Shown piece by piece: positions 1 to 9,162 of a stretch of 64,000 bases of DNA. Location: the NCBI GenBank assembly GCA_044344255.1, contig JBIJDH010000001.1, forward strand, positions 224,001 through 288,000, read 5' to 3'. The notes below the pieces were generated by a model, which saw nothing but the letters and a program-made list of their open reading frames with translations, did no database searches and was not told the origin of the DNA. Origin of the DNA: Myxococcota bacterium. GTDB taxonomy: Bacteria > Myxococcota_A > UBA796 > UBA2385. Position 1 is the stretch's first letter; each line of letters begins with the position of its first letter. Both the position numbers and the translations under genes were made by a program.

Positions 1-2
1 CG

Positions 3-341
3 GGCCGGCTGTACTTCAGCGTGGCCCCGAACGGCCAGTTCACGATCTGCCACCGCACCGTCCACCAGCATCTGCACTTCCTCGACCCCAACTTCGAGGA
101 GTACTTCCACTCGGGCGCCTACGAGCAGAAGCGCATGATGGAGGCCGCGAGCTGTGAGGGCTGCATGCGGGCCTGCTGGATCGACACCAGCAGCATGTTC
201 CGGTCCGTCCAGGCCTTCTTCGAGACCGCTCGCCTGACCACCGCGTCGCGGAGCCGGCCGCCCCTCGACTGGGACGGCGCGCTCGGGCTCGCCCGTCACG
301 ACGACATCTCCATCGTGCCCGAGGCGATGAGCGCCAAGTAG
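3..341 (+). CDS. C-terminal fragment of a radical SAM protein with SPASM/twitch-like Fe-S domain (5' truncated by window edge)
   Basis: Frame is open from the window start: GRLYFSVAPNGQFTICH...CEGCMRACW, a SPASM-like Cys pattern. Confidence 0.6.
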   Translation, partial: GRLYFSVAPNGQFTICHRTVHQHLHFLDPNFEEYFHSGAYEQKRMMEAASCEGCMRACWIDTSSMFRSVQAFFETARLTTASRSRPPLDWDGALGLARHDDISIVPEAMSAK

Positions 342-401
342 GTCGGTCGCGCGCCCGGCCCCGCCTTGTGGGGCCCACCCGGACAGACTAAGGCGACTCC
401 G

Positions 402-1118
402 ATGCGCAACGTCCTCGCCATCTTCCAGCGCGAGCTCGGAAGTTACTTCGACAGCCCGCTGGCCTACATCGTCATCCCCGCCTTCCTCGGCCTCGTGGGC
501 GGCTTCTCGCTCTACTTCGAGGACGTGCTGGGCGCGGGCGTGGCCTCGTGCCGCTCGGTGTTCTTCTGGTCGGCCGTCTTCTACCTCCTGCTGATCCCCG
601 CCGTCACCATGCGGCTCTTCGCGGAGGAGAAGCGCTCGGGCACCCTCGAGCTGCTGGTCACCCTGCCGGTCACCGAGGGCGAGATGGTGCTGGGCAAGTT
701 TCTGGCCGCCCTGGGCCTGATGACGCTCGCCCTCGCGCTCACGATCACCTACCCCCTCACGCTCGCCCACTGGGGAGACCTTGACCTCGGCCCCGTGATC
801 GGCGGCTACCTCGGGCTCTTCTTGTTGGGCGCCGCCTTCTCGGCCATCGGGACGGCCGCGAGCGCGCTCACCTCGAACCAGGTCATCGCCTTTCTGATGG
901 CGCTGATCTGCTGCATCACCCCCTTCGCGGTGGGCTACGCCCTCGCCCAGGTGCCGGCCTCGGTGCTGCCCGTGGTGCAGTACCTCTCCTTTGAGTACCA
1001 CTTCAACAACCTCGCCCGCGGCGTGGTCGACTCGCGCGACCTCCTCTTTTACGGCAGCGTGGTGGCCCTCTTCCTGCACATCGCCGTCTTCTCGCTCGAG
1101 CGGAGGCGGCTGTCGTGA
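402..1118 (+). CDS. ABC-2 type permease, GldF-like
   Basis: RELGSYFDSPLAY, TMRLFAEEKRSGTLELLVTLP, GKFLA motifs; multiple TM helices; ATG at 402. Confidence 0.9.
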   Translation: MRNVLAIFQRELGSYFDSPLAYIVIPAFLGLVGGFSLYFEDVLGAGVASCRSVFFWSAVFYLLLIPAVTMRLFAEEKRSGTLELLVTLPVTEGEMVLGKFLAALGLMTLALALTITYPLTLAHWGDLDLGPVIGGYLGLFLLGAAFSAIGTAASALTSNQVIAFLMALICCITPFAVGYALAQVPASVLPVVQYLSFEYHFNNLARGVVDSRDLLFYGSVVALFLHIAVFSLERRRLS

Positions 1119-2764
1119 TCGACACCCGTCGAAACCTGCTCACCAACGCCTGGGCCCAGCTCCTGCTGGTGTTCGTGGTGGTCGTCCTCGGCAACCTGTG
1201 GTCGAGCGGCACCTTCCTGCGGATGGACCTCACCGAGGATCGTCTCTACAGCTTGGACCTGGCCAGCCGGGCCCTGATGTACAAGCTCGAGAAGCCCCTC
1301 GTCGTCAAGGTGTACTTCACGCGCGGGCTGCAGGCCCCCTACAACAACCACGAGCAGGTGCTGGTCGACAAGCTCGAAGATCTGCGGGCCTACAGCAAGG
1401 GCCTGATGAAGATCGAGGTGACCGACCCCACCAACATCGCCGAGCGGGAGGCCGAGGCCCACGGCTTCGGCATCGACCCCATCCAGTACCGCTACCAGAG
1501 TGACAACGTCACCGAGATGAAGAAGGTCTTCATGGGGGTGGCGCTGGTCTACGGTGACCGGCAGGAGGTCCTCCCTGCGGTCACCGCCCTCGGGAGCCTC
1601 GAGTACGACCTCGCCCGCGCCGTGAAGGCCCTCATCACCAAGGAGGAGCGGAAGACCATCGGCTGGAGCGCCGGCCACGGAGAGCCCGACCTCATGGGCG
1701 GAACGGGCCCCCTCGAGACCATCCGCAGCCAGTGGCAGCAGGACTACGGGGTCACCAACGTTCCCCTCGGCGGCTCCGGCCTCATCCCCGAGACCATCGA
1801 CGCCCTCTTCGTCGTCGGGCCCCAGCGGCCGATGGACGAGCGCTCGCTCTACCAGCTCGACCAGTTCCTGATGCGCGGCGGCGCCCTCGCCATCTTCATG
1901 GCGAACACCCGGCCGGATCTGCGAACCCTGCGCCCGCAGAACATCTACCACAACCTCGACGGGCTGGTCGGGCACTTCGGGGTCCGCCTCAGCCGCGACG
2001 TCGTCGTCGACCGCGCCCACAACGGCATGATGCGCTTCCCCGTCCGGCAAGGGAAGAGCGTCGTCCAGATGCCGGTGAACTACCCGCTCATCCCCAAGGC
2101 CTCGAAGTTCGACCCCGACAGCCCCGTGGTGAAGGGCCTCGACTCCATGCTCTTCCCCTTCGTGAGCTCGCTGTCCCTCGCAGACCCCATGCCCTCTGAC
2201 GTCAAGAGCGTCGTGCTGGCGGCCTCTTCGGAGACCTCGGGCTCGATCAAGGGCATCGCGACGATCGATCCGACCGCCTACAAGCTCGTCGCCCCGGGAG
2301 AGCAGCGCGGCTCCTACCCGCTGATCATCAGCCTCACGGGCACCTGGCCGAGCTACTTCGCGAGCAAGGACATCCCCAAGCCCGCCGAGCCCGACCCCAC
2401 CGCGCCGCCCGACGATCCCGCCGCCCGCCTCCGAGAGAGCGCCCCCTCCCGGCTCATCGTGAGCGGCTCCGCCGACTTCGTCGCCAACAACATCCCCTTC
2501 ATGTTGAACCTCGCCGACTGGATGATGCAGGATGACTCCCTGATCGCCATTCGGAGCAAGTCCGCCCAGCTCCCGCCCCTGCAGCCGATCAGCGACAGCA
2601 CGGCGCGCTGGGTGAAGCTCGGCAACCTCCTCGGCGGTTCGGGCCTGCTCCTCGTCTTCGGCCTCGGACGCTGGCTCATCCGCCGCCCCGCCCGGCGCGC
2701 CGCCGAGCGCTCGGCCGATCCAACGCCCCGTCCCCCGGCTGACCTCACGGGCTCCGCGTCATGA
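1115..2764 (+). CDS. GldG-family ABC transporter auxiliary component
   Basis: RMDLTEDRLYSL, LEYDLARA, GHGE, LDQFLMRGG, FMLNLADW; N- and C-terminal TM helices; GTGA overlap with upstream stop. Confidence 0.88.
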   Translation: MIDTRRNLLTNAWAQLLLVFVVVVLGNLWSSGTFLRMDLTEDRLYSLDLASRALMYKLEKPLVVKVYFTRGLQAPYNNHEQVLVDKLEDLRAYSKGLMKIEVTDPTNIAEREAEAHGFGIDPIQYRYQSDNVTEMKKVFMGVALVYGDRQEVLPAVTALGSLEYDLARAVKALITKEERKTIGWSAGHGEPDLMGGTGPLETIRSQWQQDYGVTNVPLGGSGLIPETIDALFVVGPQRPMDERSLYQLDQFLMRGGALAIFMANTRPDLRTLRPQNIYHNLDGLVGHFGVRLSRDVVVDRAHNGMMRFPVRQGKSVVQMPVNYPLIPKASKFDPDSPVVKGLDSMLFPFVSSLSLADPMPSDVKSVVLAASSETSGSIKGIATIDPTAYKLVAPGEQRGSYPLIISLTGTWPSYFASKDIPKPAEPDPTAPPDDPAARLRESAPSRLIVSGSADFVANNIPFMLNLADWMMQDDSLIAIRSKSAQLPPLQPISDSTARWVKLGNLLGGSGLLLVFGLGRWLIRRPARRAAERSADPTPRPPADLTGSAS

Positions 2765-4164
2765 GGCCCACCCAAAAGACCATCGCCCTCTTCGTGGTGG
2801 CCCTCCTCCTCGTCGGCCTCAACCTGCTCGATCGCGGCAGCGGTGAGCGCACGACCGAGGCCCTGCCCGCCATCAGCGCGATGGTCCGCGAAGAGGTCGC
2901 CCGGATCGAGATCTCCACCGCGATCGAGAAGATCGTCCTCGTCCGGAAGACCGGCCCCGGTGAGTCTGGGGCCCTCGACGGCGCCGGCCGCTGGCACCTC
3001 ATCGCCCCGATCGAGGCGGTGGCCGACCAGGTGGCCGTGCGCACCCTGCTCAACAACTTCCGCAAGGATGTCCCCATCGACGTCAAGGTCGACAAGGACA
3101 ACCTCGAAGACTACGGCCTCGACGCCGGCAATGGCATCGTGGTCGAGCTCTTCGGCGCGGGCAGCACACCCACCATCTCCTTCACGGTCGGCACCGACGC
3201 GCCGGGCGGCTCCTCCTTCGTCCGCCTCTCCGGCGACGACGCCGTCTACCGCGCCCGCGTCGGCAGCCGCCACCGGTATGACCGTCCGGCGAGCGAGTGG
3301 CGCAATCAGGTCCTCCTCGACTTCCCCGGCCAGAGCGCCGTCCGCCTCCACGTCCAGAAGGCAGACGGCAGCGGCTACACCGCGCAGCGCAGCCCGACCG
3401 GCAGCAACGACGAGAAGGGCAACCCGCTGATGGGGCCCTGGAGCTTCGACCCTGACCCCGGCTACCCCGCCGATCAGACCGTGCTCGACGCCCTCGTCGA
3501 CGGCCTCGGCCGCCTCCGCGCCGGTGACACCCTCGGCGCCGACTTCGACGGCGGCTGGAGCCCCCCCGGCGGCACGGTAGAGGTAGCCCTCGCCGACGGC
3601 AGCGTTCGCACGATGACCGTCGGCACCCGCAGCCTCGAGGGCGCCGCCTTCGTCCGCGGGGGTGGCTCCCCGCTCGTCTACCGTGTCGCTCGAGCCCCCC
3701 TCGACACGCTGATGTCCGATCAGGCCGAGCTGCGCGACAAGACCATCTTCGCCTTCTCGCGCACCCAGGTCGACACGCTCACCCTCGAGGAGGGTGGCTC
3801 CACCGTCATCCTCCAGCAAGACCTCTCGAACAACCTCTGGAAGGTCATCCAGCCGCCGAACGTCGACGTCGACATTCGCCTCGTCTTCTACGCGGTCAAC
3901 ACGATGGCCACGCTGCGCGCCGTCGACGTGAGCGAGCTCTCTCCCAGCGACGTCGGCCTCGACGACAGCGGCGCCCACAAGGCCGCGCTGCGCATCACCG
4001 CCCGCTTCCTCGACGGCCAGAGCATGGGGCTCCTGGTCGGCGACAAGACGAAGAACGAGCGCGGAAAGGACCTCTGGTACGTCCGCCGCGACGACTCCCA
4101 GCAGGTCTTCCTCCTCTCGGAAGACACGGTGAGCAAGCTCAAGCAGGGATTCGGCCGAAGCTGA
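2761..4164 (+). CDS. DUF4340 domain-containing protein
   Basis: N-terminal TM anchor, repeated W..P / YGL-type units; usual partner of GldFG-like genes; ATGA overlap. Confidence 0.8.
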   Translation: MRPTQKTIALFVVALLLVGLNLLDRGSGERTTEALPAISAMVREEVARIEISTAIEKIVLVRKTGPGESGALDGAGRWHLIAPIEAVADQVAVRTLLNNFRKDVPIDVKVDKDNLEDYGLDAGNGIVVELFGAGSTPTISFTVGTDAPGGSSFVRLSGDDAVYRARVGSRHRYDRPASEWRNQVLLDFPGQSAVRLHVQKADGSGYTAQRSPTGSNDEKGNPLMGPWSFDPDPGYPADQTVLDALVDGLGRLRAGDTLGADFDGGWSPPGGTVEVALADGSVRTMTVGTRSLEGAAFVRGGGSPLVYRVARAPLDTLMSDQAELRDKTIFAFSRTQVDTLTLEEGGSTVILQQDLSNNLWKVIQPPNVDVDIRLVFYAVNTMATLRAVDVSELSPSDVGLDDSGAHKAALRITARFLDGQSMGLLVGDKTKNERGKDLWYVRRDDSQQVFLLSEDTVSKLKQGFGRS

Positions 4165-4252
4165 GCCCGCCGTCGAATGGCCCCGGATGGGCCTCGTCGG
4201 AGGAGGGTGAGACCCGGAGCGCATTTTGGACGCTCCCACCTCCGGAGGCGTC

Positions 4253-5464
4253 ATGTCCCTTCTTGCCCTCGCCGTGCTCTCCCTGTCCGCCTTCGCCGTG
4301 GCCGCCCCCGCCACCCGAGACGAGCGCCCCTCCGCTCCGCAGCGAGAGGCCGCTGACGATGACCATGACGACGACGGGACCGCGAAGGCGGGTGAAAAGA
4401 AGAAGGGACAGACGAAGAAGGGACAGACCAAGAAAGGACAGACGAAGAAGGGAAAGGGAGCGACCCAGCCAGTCCGCTCCAACAAGGACGGAAAATTCGC
4501 CCATGGGAGCAAGGGCGAAAATCTAAAGGACGACCATCGGAAGGGCGACAGCACGAAGTCCGAAGGCCACGGCCCGAAGAAGGACAACGCTCACCCCGGC
4601 GCTGGCCCCAAGAAGGGCAGCGCCGGCCCCAAGAAGGGCGGCACCGGCCCGAAGAAGGGCAGCGCCGGCCCCAAGAAGGGCAGCGCCGGCCCCAAGAAGG
4701 GCGGCTCGGGTAAGGGTGACACCGTCGTCAACACGCCCGTCCAGCAGGTGACCCACGTGAGCTTCGCCCCCCAGGGCTGGACGCCGGACTGGCACCGCAC
4801 CGAAGAGGAGAAGACCTCGCACTGGTCTCCCGAATATTGGAGCAAGGGGGTCTTCCAATACAGCCCGCCCAAGAAGGGAGAGAAGGTCGAGGTGGTGGAG
4901 AAGCAGGGCGGCGAGACGGTCCGCGCCCCCAAGGAGGAGCAGAGCCCCCGCCGCGAGGTCGACCGGCGGGGAGACGTGTCGGTCGGGCTGCGCGCCGCCA
5001 CCTTCGCCTCGGCCTATCAGGGTGGCGGCCTCTACGCGGACCCCGGCACCGGCCTGTCCCTCGGCTATCGGCCGATTGAGTGGGTGGGCCTTCAGCTCGA
5101 CTGGACCCACCACCGCGACACTTGGACGGAGGCGGAGCCGAGCCGCGTGCACGACCCCATCCAAGCCAGCGTCCAGCTCTTCGCCTTCCCCTGGACGCAC
5201 GTCTCACCGTACGCCACCGTCGGCTGGACCTGGTCTCCCTACGAGATCCACGACTCGATCGAGGGCTCCGCCAGCGCGGCGCCGATCGACGAGCAGGGCG
5301 TCGCGCGCGGCGGCCACGCCGGGCTGGGGATCGAGTTCGCCCTCGGGGAGCACGCCGCCCTCGGGCTTGACGCGCGCTACCTCCACCTCTCTCGGCTGCC
5401 CCAGGGGGCGGAGTCCCTGCCCTCCGCCCTCCAGGCCACCGCGGGGTTGAAGGCCTACTTCTAA
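4253..5464 (+). CDS. Outer-membrane beta-barrel protein with Lys-rich repetitive N-terminal region
   Basis: Signal peptide MSLLALAVLSLSAFAVAA; KKGQT and GPKKGSA repeats; amphipathic strands ending in terminal YF. Confidence 0.75.
   Translation: MSLLALAVLSLSAFAVAAPATRDERPSAPQREAADDDHDDDGTAKAGEKKKGQTKKGQTKKGQTKKGKGATQPVRSNKDGKFAHGSKGENLKDDHRKGDSTKSEGHGPKKDNAHPGAGPKKGSAGPKKGGTGPKKGSAGPKKGSAGPKKGGSGKGDTVVNTPVQQVTHVSFAPQGWTPDWHRTEEEKTSHWSPEYWSKGVFQYSPPKKGEKVEVVEKQGGETVRAPKEEQSPRREVDRRGDVSVGLRAATFASAYQGGGLYADPGTGLSLGYRPIEWVGLQLDWTHHRDTWTEAEPSRVHDPIQASVQLFAFPWTHVSPYATVGWTWSPYEIHDSIEGSASAAPIDEQGVARGGHAGLGIEFALGEHAALGLDARYLHLSRLPQGAESLPSALQATAGLKAYF
4400..4453 (+). repeat. 15-bp coding tandem repeat (KKGQT, about 3.6 copies)
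   Basis: aagaagggacagacg units read directly. Confidence 0.9.
4604..4708 (+). repeat. 21-bp coding tandem repeat (GPKKG[S/G][A/T/S], 5 copies)
   Basis: ggccccaagaagggcagcgcc-like units at 4604, 4625, 4646, 4667, 4688. Confidence 0.92.
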
Positions 5465-5492
5465 GCCCCGACCCCAGCCACGCCGCCGACCT

Positions 5493-6104
5493 TCAGTTGG
5501 CGGCGCCCTTGGTGATCGTCGTGGTGACCGCCCAGGCCCCCGTCCCGTCGGTGGCCCGGGCCCAGGACTTCGTCCCGTCATCGGCGAGGGCCGTGTAGGT
5601 CGTGATGTCGACGTCGACCAGGTCGGGGTTGACGAGCTTGAGCTTGCCGCCGTCCCACTTGAGGCCGAAGTCGGTGGTGAGCCCGCTCGTGCCGTTGCAG
5701 CTGATCACGAGCCACTCGCCGGCGCCGATCGAGGTGCCGTTGGGGAAGGCCCAGGGCGCGGCGCCCTTCTTGTCGAGGGCCCAGCCGGTGAGGTCGACCT
5801 CGGCCCCGGAGCGGTTGTAGAGCTCGATCCAGTCGAGGCCCACCGCGTCGTCCTGCGCCAGCAGCTCGTTGAGGACGAGCGGGGTCTCGGGGTCGGTGTA
5901 CTCGTCGGGGGTCCCGCCGCCGGTGTCGCCCCCAGAGTCGGTGTCGGTGTCGGCGTCAGTGTCGGCGTCCGAATCGGCGTCCGTGTCAGAGTCGGAGTCG
6001 GCGTCGGTGTCGGCGTCGCTCTCCGCCCCATTCTCGGCCTTGCCAGAGCCACAGGCGGGGGCGAGGAGCAGCCCCGTCCAAAGGGTGAGGGTCCAGGTCT
6101 TCAT
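5493..6104 (-). CDS. Lamin-tail-domain lipoprotein with acidic Asp-X repeat linker
   Basis: Lipobox-like LAPAC; (D-A/T/S)n tract; LVLNELLA..DWIELYN..VDLTGWAL LTD signature. Confidence 0.85.
   Translation of the reverse strand: MKTWTLTLWTGLLLAPACGSGKAENGAESDADTDADSDSDTDADSDADTDADTDTDSGGDTGGGTPDEYTDPETPLVLNELLAQDDAVGLDWIELYNRSGAEVDLTGWALDKKGAAPWAFPNGTSIGAGEWLVISCNGTSGLTTDFGLKWDGGKLKLVNPDLVDVDITTYTALADDGTKSWARATDGTGAWAVTTTITKGAAN
5934..6020 (-). repeat. 6-bp periodic Asp-X dipeptide repeat
   Basis: Encodes SDADTDADSDSDTDADSDADTDADTDTDS. Confidence 0.85.
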
Positions 6105-6130
6105 GTCTCAGCGCTCCACATTGGGGTCTC

Positions 6131-6583
6131 TCAGCTCTCTCGGGTCGCCCGAGCGGCCGCGCTGGGGGGCGCGGAGCCGGCGTCCAGCCAATCTTGCAGG
6201 ATCACCGCCGCGGCGGTCTCGTCGATGACGTCGCGCTGCTGGCGGCTGTTCTTGCCCTGAAGGTGCAGGATTCGGGTGGCCTCCACGGTGCTGTACCGTT
6301 CGTCCTGATAATGCACCGGAATTCCGCTCTCCGCTGCGAGCAGCTCGCCCACCTGGCGCGCGAGGCGCACGCTGCGGCCCTCATCTCCGTCGAGCTGCAA
6401 TGGGAGCCCGACGACGAAGGCAGCGACCTCCTCCCGCTCGAGGGCGCGGAGCAGGCGCACCACGTCCTTCTTCGTGCCCTCGCGGCGCAGGGTGAGGAGG
6501 GGGCGGGCCATGCGGGCGCGGTCATCGGCGCGGGCCACGCCGATGGTGCGGGTCCCGACGTCGAGGCCGATGGTGAGGGGCAT
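6131..6583 (-). CDS. ruvX: RuvX/YqgF putative pre-16S rRNA nuclease
   Basis: GLDVGTRTIGVA, VVGLP, QDERYST, DETAAAVILQ. Confidence 0.95.
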   Translation of the reverse strand: MPLTIGLDVGTRTIGVARADDRARMARPLLTLRREGTKKDVVRLLRALEREEVAAFVVGLPLQLDGDEGRSVRLARQVGELLAAESGIPVHYQDERYSTVEATRILHLQGKNSRQQRDVIDETAAAVILQDWLDAGSAPPSAAARATRES

Positions 6584-6681
6584 CCTTCCCGGTAAGGAGG
6601 GCGACCGACCACCGCAAGGGGTTAGCTCACAACTCCGACCGCCCGACGCGCCACCGACGCGCGGACGCCCTGGAGGAGCCC

Positions 6682-7923
6682 ATGCACCACAGCCACCTCG
6701 AAGCCGTCCTGCTCGCCCAAGGCGACGAGCTCACCACTGGCCAGACGGTCGACACCAACTCCAACTGGCTGGCCGGCCGCCTCTGGGCCCTCGGCATCCC
6801 CGTCCGCCGGGTCATCACCGCGCCCGACCGGATGGAAGACCTCGTCGAGATCCTGGCGCAGGCCGCGGCGCTCGCCCCCATCGTGCTCTGCACAGGCGGC
6901 CTCGGCCCCACCCGCGACGACCTCACCGCCGAGGCCGCCTCCCTCGCCTTCGCGCGCCCGCTCGGCGTCAACCCAGAGGCCCGAGCCCAGGTGGAGGTCA
7001 CCTTCAGCAAGTGGGGGCGGGTGCTGAACGAGGCCAACCAGAAGCAGGCCGTGCTGCCGGAGGGGGCCCGGGTGCTCGAGAACCGCTGGGGGACGGCCCC
7101 CGGCTTCGCCATCGATCTCCCGGCCTCGACGCTCTACTTCATGCCCGGCGTCCCCCGCGAGATGAAGCCGATGTTCGAGACCTGGGTGGAGCCTGACCTC
7201 CGGGCCCGCCACGACATCGCCCCCCCCGTGCTGCACATCATCCGCACCATCGGCCTCCCCGAGTCCGAGCTCGAGATGCGCCTGCGCGGCCTCGACGTGC
7301 CGGGCCTCACCATCGGCTTCCGCACCGCGCTGCCCGAGAACCAGGCGAAGCTGCTCTTCCGGAGCGAGGTGAGCGCCGGCGACCGCGCGGCCGCGCTCGA
7401 GGAGGCCCTGCGGCGCCTCGGCTCCCGCGCCTTCGGGGTCGACTGCGGCGATCTCGCCGAGGTCGTGGGCGAGGCCCTCGTCTCCCGCGGCGAGACCCTC
7501 GCCCTCGCCGAGAGCTGCACCGCTGGCCGCCTCGCCGCCTGGGTGGGCTCCATCGCCGGGGCCAGCCGCTACCTCCTCGAGGGGTCGGTGGTCTACAGCA
7601 ACGCCGCCAAGACCCGCAGCGCCGGGGTCGATCCCGCGCTCATCGCTGAGCATGGGGCCGTGAGCGAGCCCGTCGCCCGCGCCCTCGCCGAGGGCATCCG
7701 CGCCCGCGCGGGGGCCACCTGGGGCATCGGCATCACCGGCATCGCCGGACCGGATGGCGGCACCCCCGAGAAGCCTGTGGGGACCCTGCATGTCGCGGTG
7801 GCGGGCCCCGGTGGCACGGAGCACCGCGCCCTCGCCCTCTACGGCGACCGCGACCGAATCACCGCCTCCGCCGCGGCCAACGCGCTCTTCCTGCTCTTCA
7901 GCCTCATTCGTGTCCCGCGCTGA
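6682..7923 (+). CDS. cinA: CinA family protein (MoCF-binding domain + NMN deamidase PncC domain)
   Basis: GDEL..G..VDTN, TGGLGPTRDDLT, PGVPREM, AESCTAG, GAVSE, TGIAGPDGG..KPVG. Confidence 0.95.
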   Translation: MHHSHLEAVLLAQGDELTTGQTVDTNSNWLAGRLWALGIPVRRVITAPDRMEDLVEILAQAAALAPIVLCTGGLGPTRDDLTAEAASLAFARPLGVNPEARAQVEVTFSKWGRVLNEANQKQAVLPEGARVLENRWGTAPGFAIDLPASTLYFMPGVPREMKPMFETWVEPDLRARHDIAPPVLHIIRTIGLPESELEMRLRGLDVPGLTIGFRTALPENQAKLLFRSEVSAGDRAAALEEALRRLGSRAFGVDCGDLAEVVGEALVSRGETLALAESCTAGRLAAWVGSIAGASRYLLEGSVVYSNAAKTRSAGVDPALIAEHGAVSEPVARALAEGIRARAGATWGIGITGIAGPDGGTPEKPVGTLHVAVAGPGGTEHRALALYGDRDRITASAAANALFLLFSLIRVPR

Positions 7924-7932
7924 GGCCACCCC

Positions 7933-9162
7933 ATGGACTTCCGCCCCTCCCCCCGCACCGCCGCCCTCCAGCCCCGCCTCCGCGCCTTCGTGCAGGAGCG
8001 CGTGCTCCCCGTCGAGGAGGCCCTCCTCCGCGGCCAGCGCGCGGCCGACCACGGCGGCGACTGGACCCGCTGGGCCCTCCACCCCGAGGTCGAGGCGCTC
8101 AAGGCCGAGGCCCGCGCCCAGGGGCTCTGGAACCTCTTCCTCCCCGACGCGGCCCTCGGCGGCGGCCTCTCCACCCTCGAGTACGCCCCCCTCGCCGAGG
8201 AGATGGGCCACAGCTTCTTCGCCCCCGAGGTGATGAACTGCAACGCCCCCGACACGGGCAACATCGAGGTGCTCTACCACTTCGGGAGCGAGGCCCAGAA
8301 GGCGCGCTGGCTCGGCCCCCTGCTCGACGGCCAGCTCCGCTCCGCCTTCTGCATGACCGAGCCCGACGTCGCCTCGTCGGACGCCACCAACATGCGCGCC
8401 ACCGCCCGCCTGGAGGGCGACGAGGTGGTGCTCGACGGTCGAAAGGCCTGGTCGACCGGCATCGGCCACCCCCGCTGTGAGCTGCTGCTGTTCATGGGCG
8501 TGACCGACCCCGCCGCCGACCGCCACCACCGCCACAGCATCGTGCTCGTGCCACGGGACAGCCCCGGGGTGCGCATCGAGCGGATGCTCCCCGTCTTCGG
8601 GAGCTGGGACGCACCCTACGGACACGGTGAGGTCAGCTTCTCCGGCGTGCGCCTCCCGGCGAGCCACATCGTCGGCGGGCCGGGGCAGGGCTTCCTCATC
8701 GCTCAGGGGCGGCTCGGGCCCGGCCGCATCCACCACTGCATGCGCTGCATCGGCGCCGCAGAGCGGGCGCTCGGGCTGCTCATCCGGCGGGGCCTGTCGC
8801 GGGAGGCCTTCGGAAAGCCCCTGCTCCAGCTCGGCGGCAACCGGGAGCGGGTGGCCGAGCACCGCATCGCCATTGACCAGGCGCGCCTGCTCACCCTCTT
8901 CGCGGCCTGGAAGCTCGATGAGGGGGGGGCGATGGCCGCCCTCGCCGAGATCTCGGCGATCAAGGTGGTCGCGCCGAACGTGCTCCAGTCGGTCGTAGAC
9001 GACGCCATCCAGATCCACGGCGCCGCCGGCCTCTCCGACGACACAGCCCTCCCCGCCCTCTTCGCCCTGGCCCGCGCGCTGCGCATCGCCGACGGCCCCG
9101 ACGCCGTCCACCGCGGCCTCATCGCCAAGCTGGAGCTCGCCAAGCACCGCGGTGCGCGGTGA
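7933..9162 (+). CDS. Acyl-CoA dehydrogenase (ACAD10/11-like)
   Basis: NCNAPDTGN, MTEPDVASSDATN, AQGRLGPGRIHHCMR, RIADGPD. Confidence 0.95.
   Translation: MDFRPSPRTAALQPRLRAFVQERVLPVEEALLRGQRAADHGGDWTRWALHPEVEALKAEARAQGLWNLFLPDAALGGGLSTLEYAPLAEEMGHSFFAPEVMNCNAPDTGNIEVLYHFGSEAQKARWLGPLLDGQLRSAFCMTEPDVASSDATNMRATARLEGDEVVLDGRKAWSTGIGHPRCELLLFMGVTDPAADRHHRHSIVLVPRDSPGVRIERMLPVFGSWDAPYGHGEVSFSGVRLPASHIVGGPGQGFLIAQGRLGPGRIHHCMRCIGAAERALGLLIRRGLSREAFGKPLLQLGGNRERVAEHRIAIDQARLLTLFAAWKLDEGGAMAALAEISAIKVVAPNVLQSVVDDAIQIHGAAGLSDDTALPALFALARALRIADGPDAVHRGLIAKLELAKHRGAR

Noticed and set aside
4400..4708. Tandem repeats as a CRISPR-like array
   Set aside because: Units are contiguous multiples of three within a CDS, with no unique spacers and no cas genes
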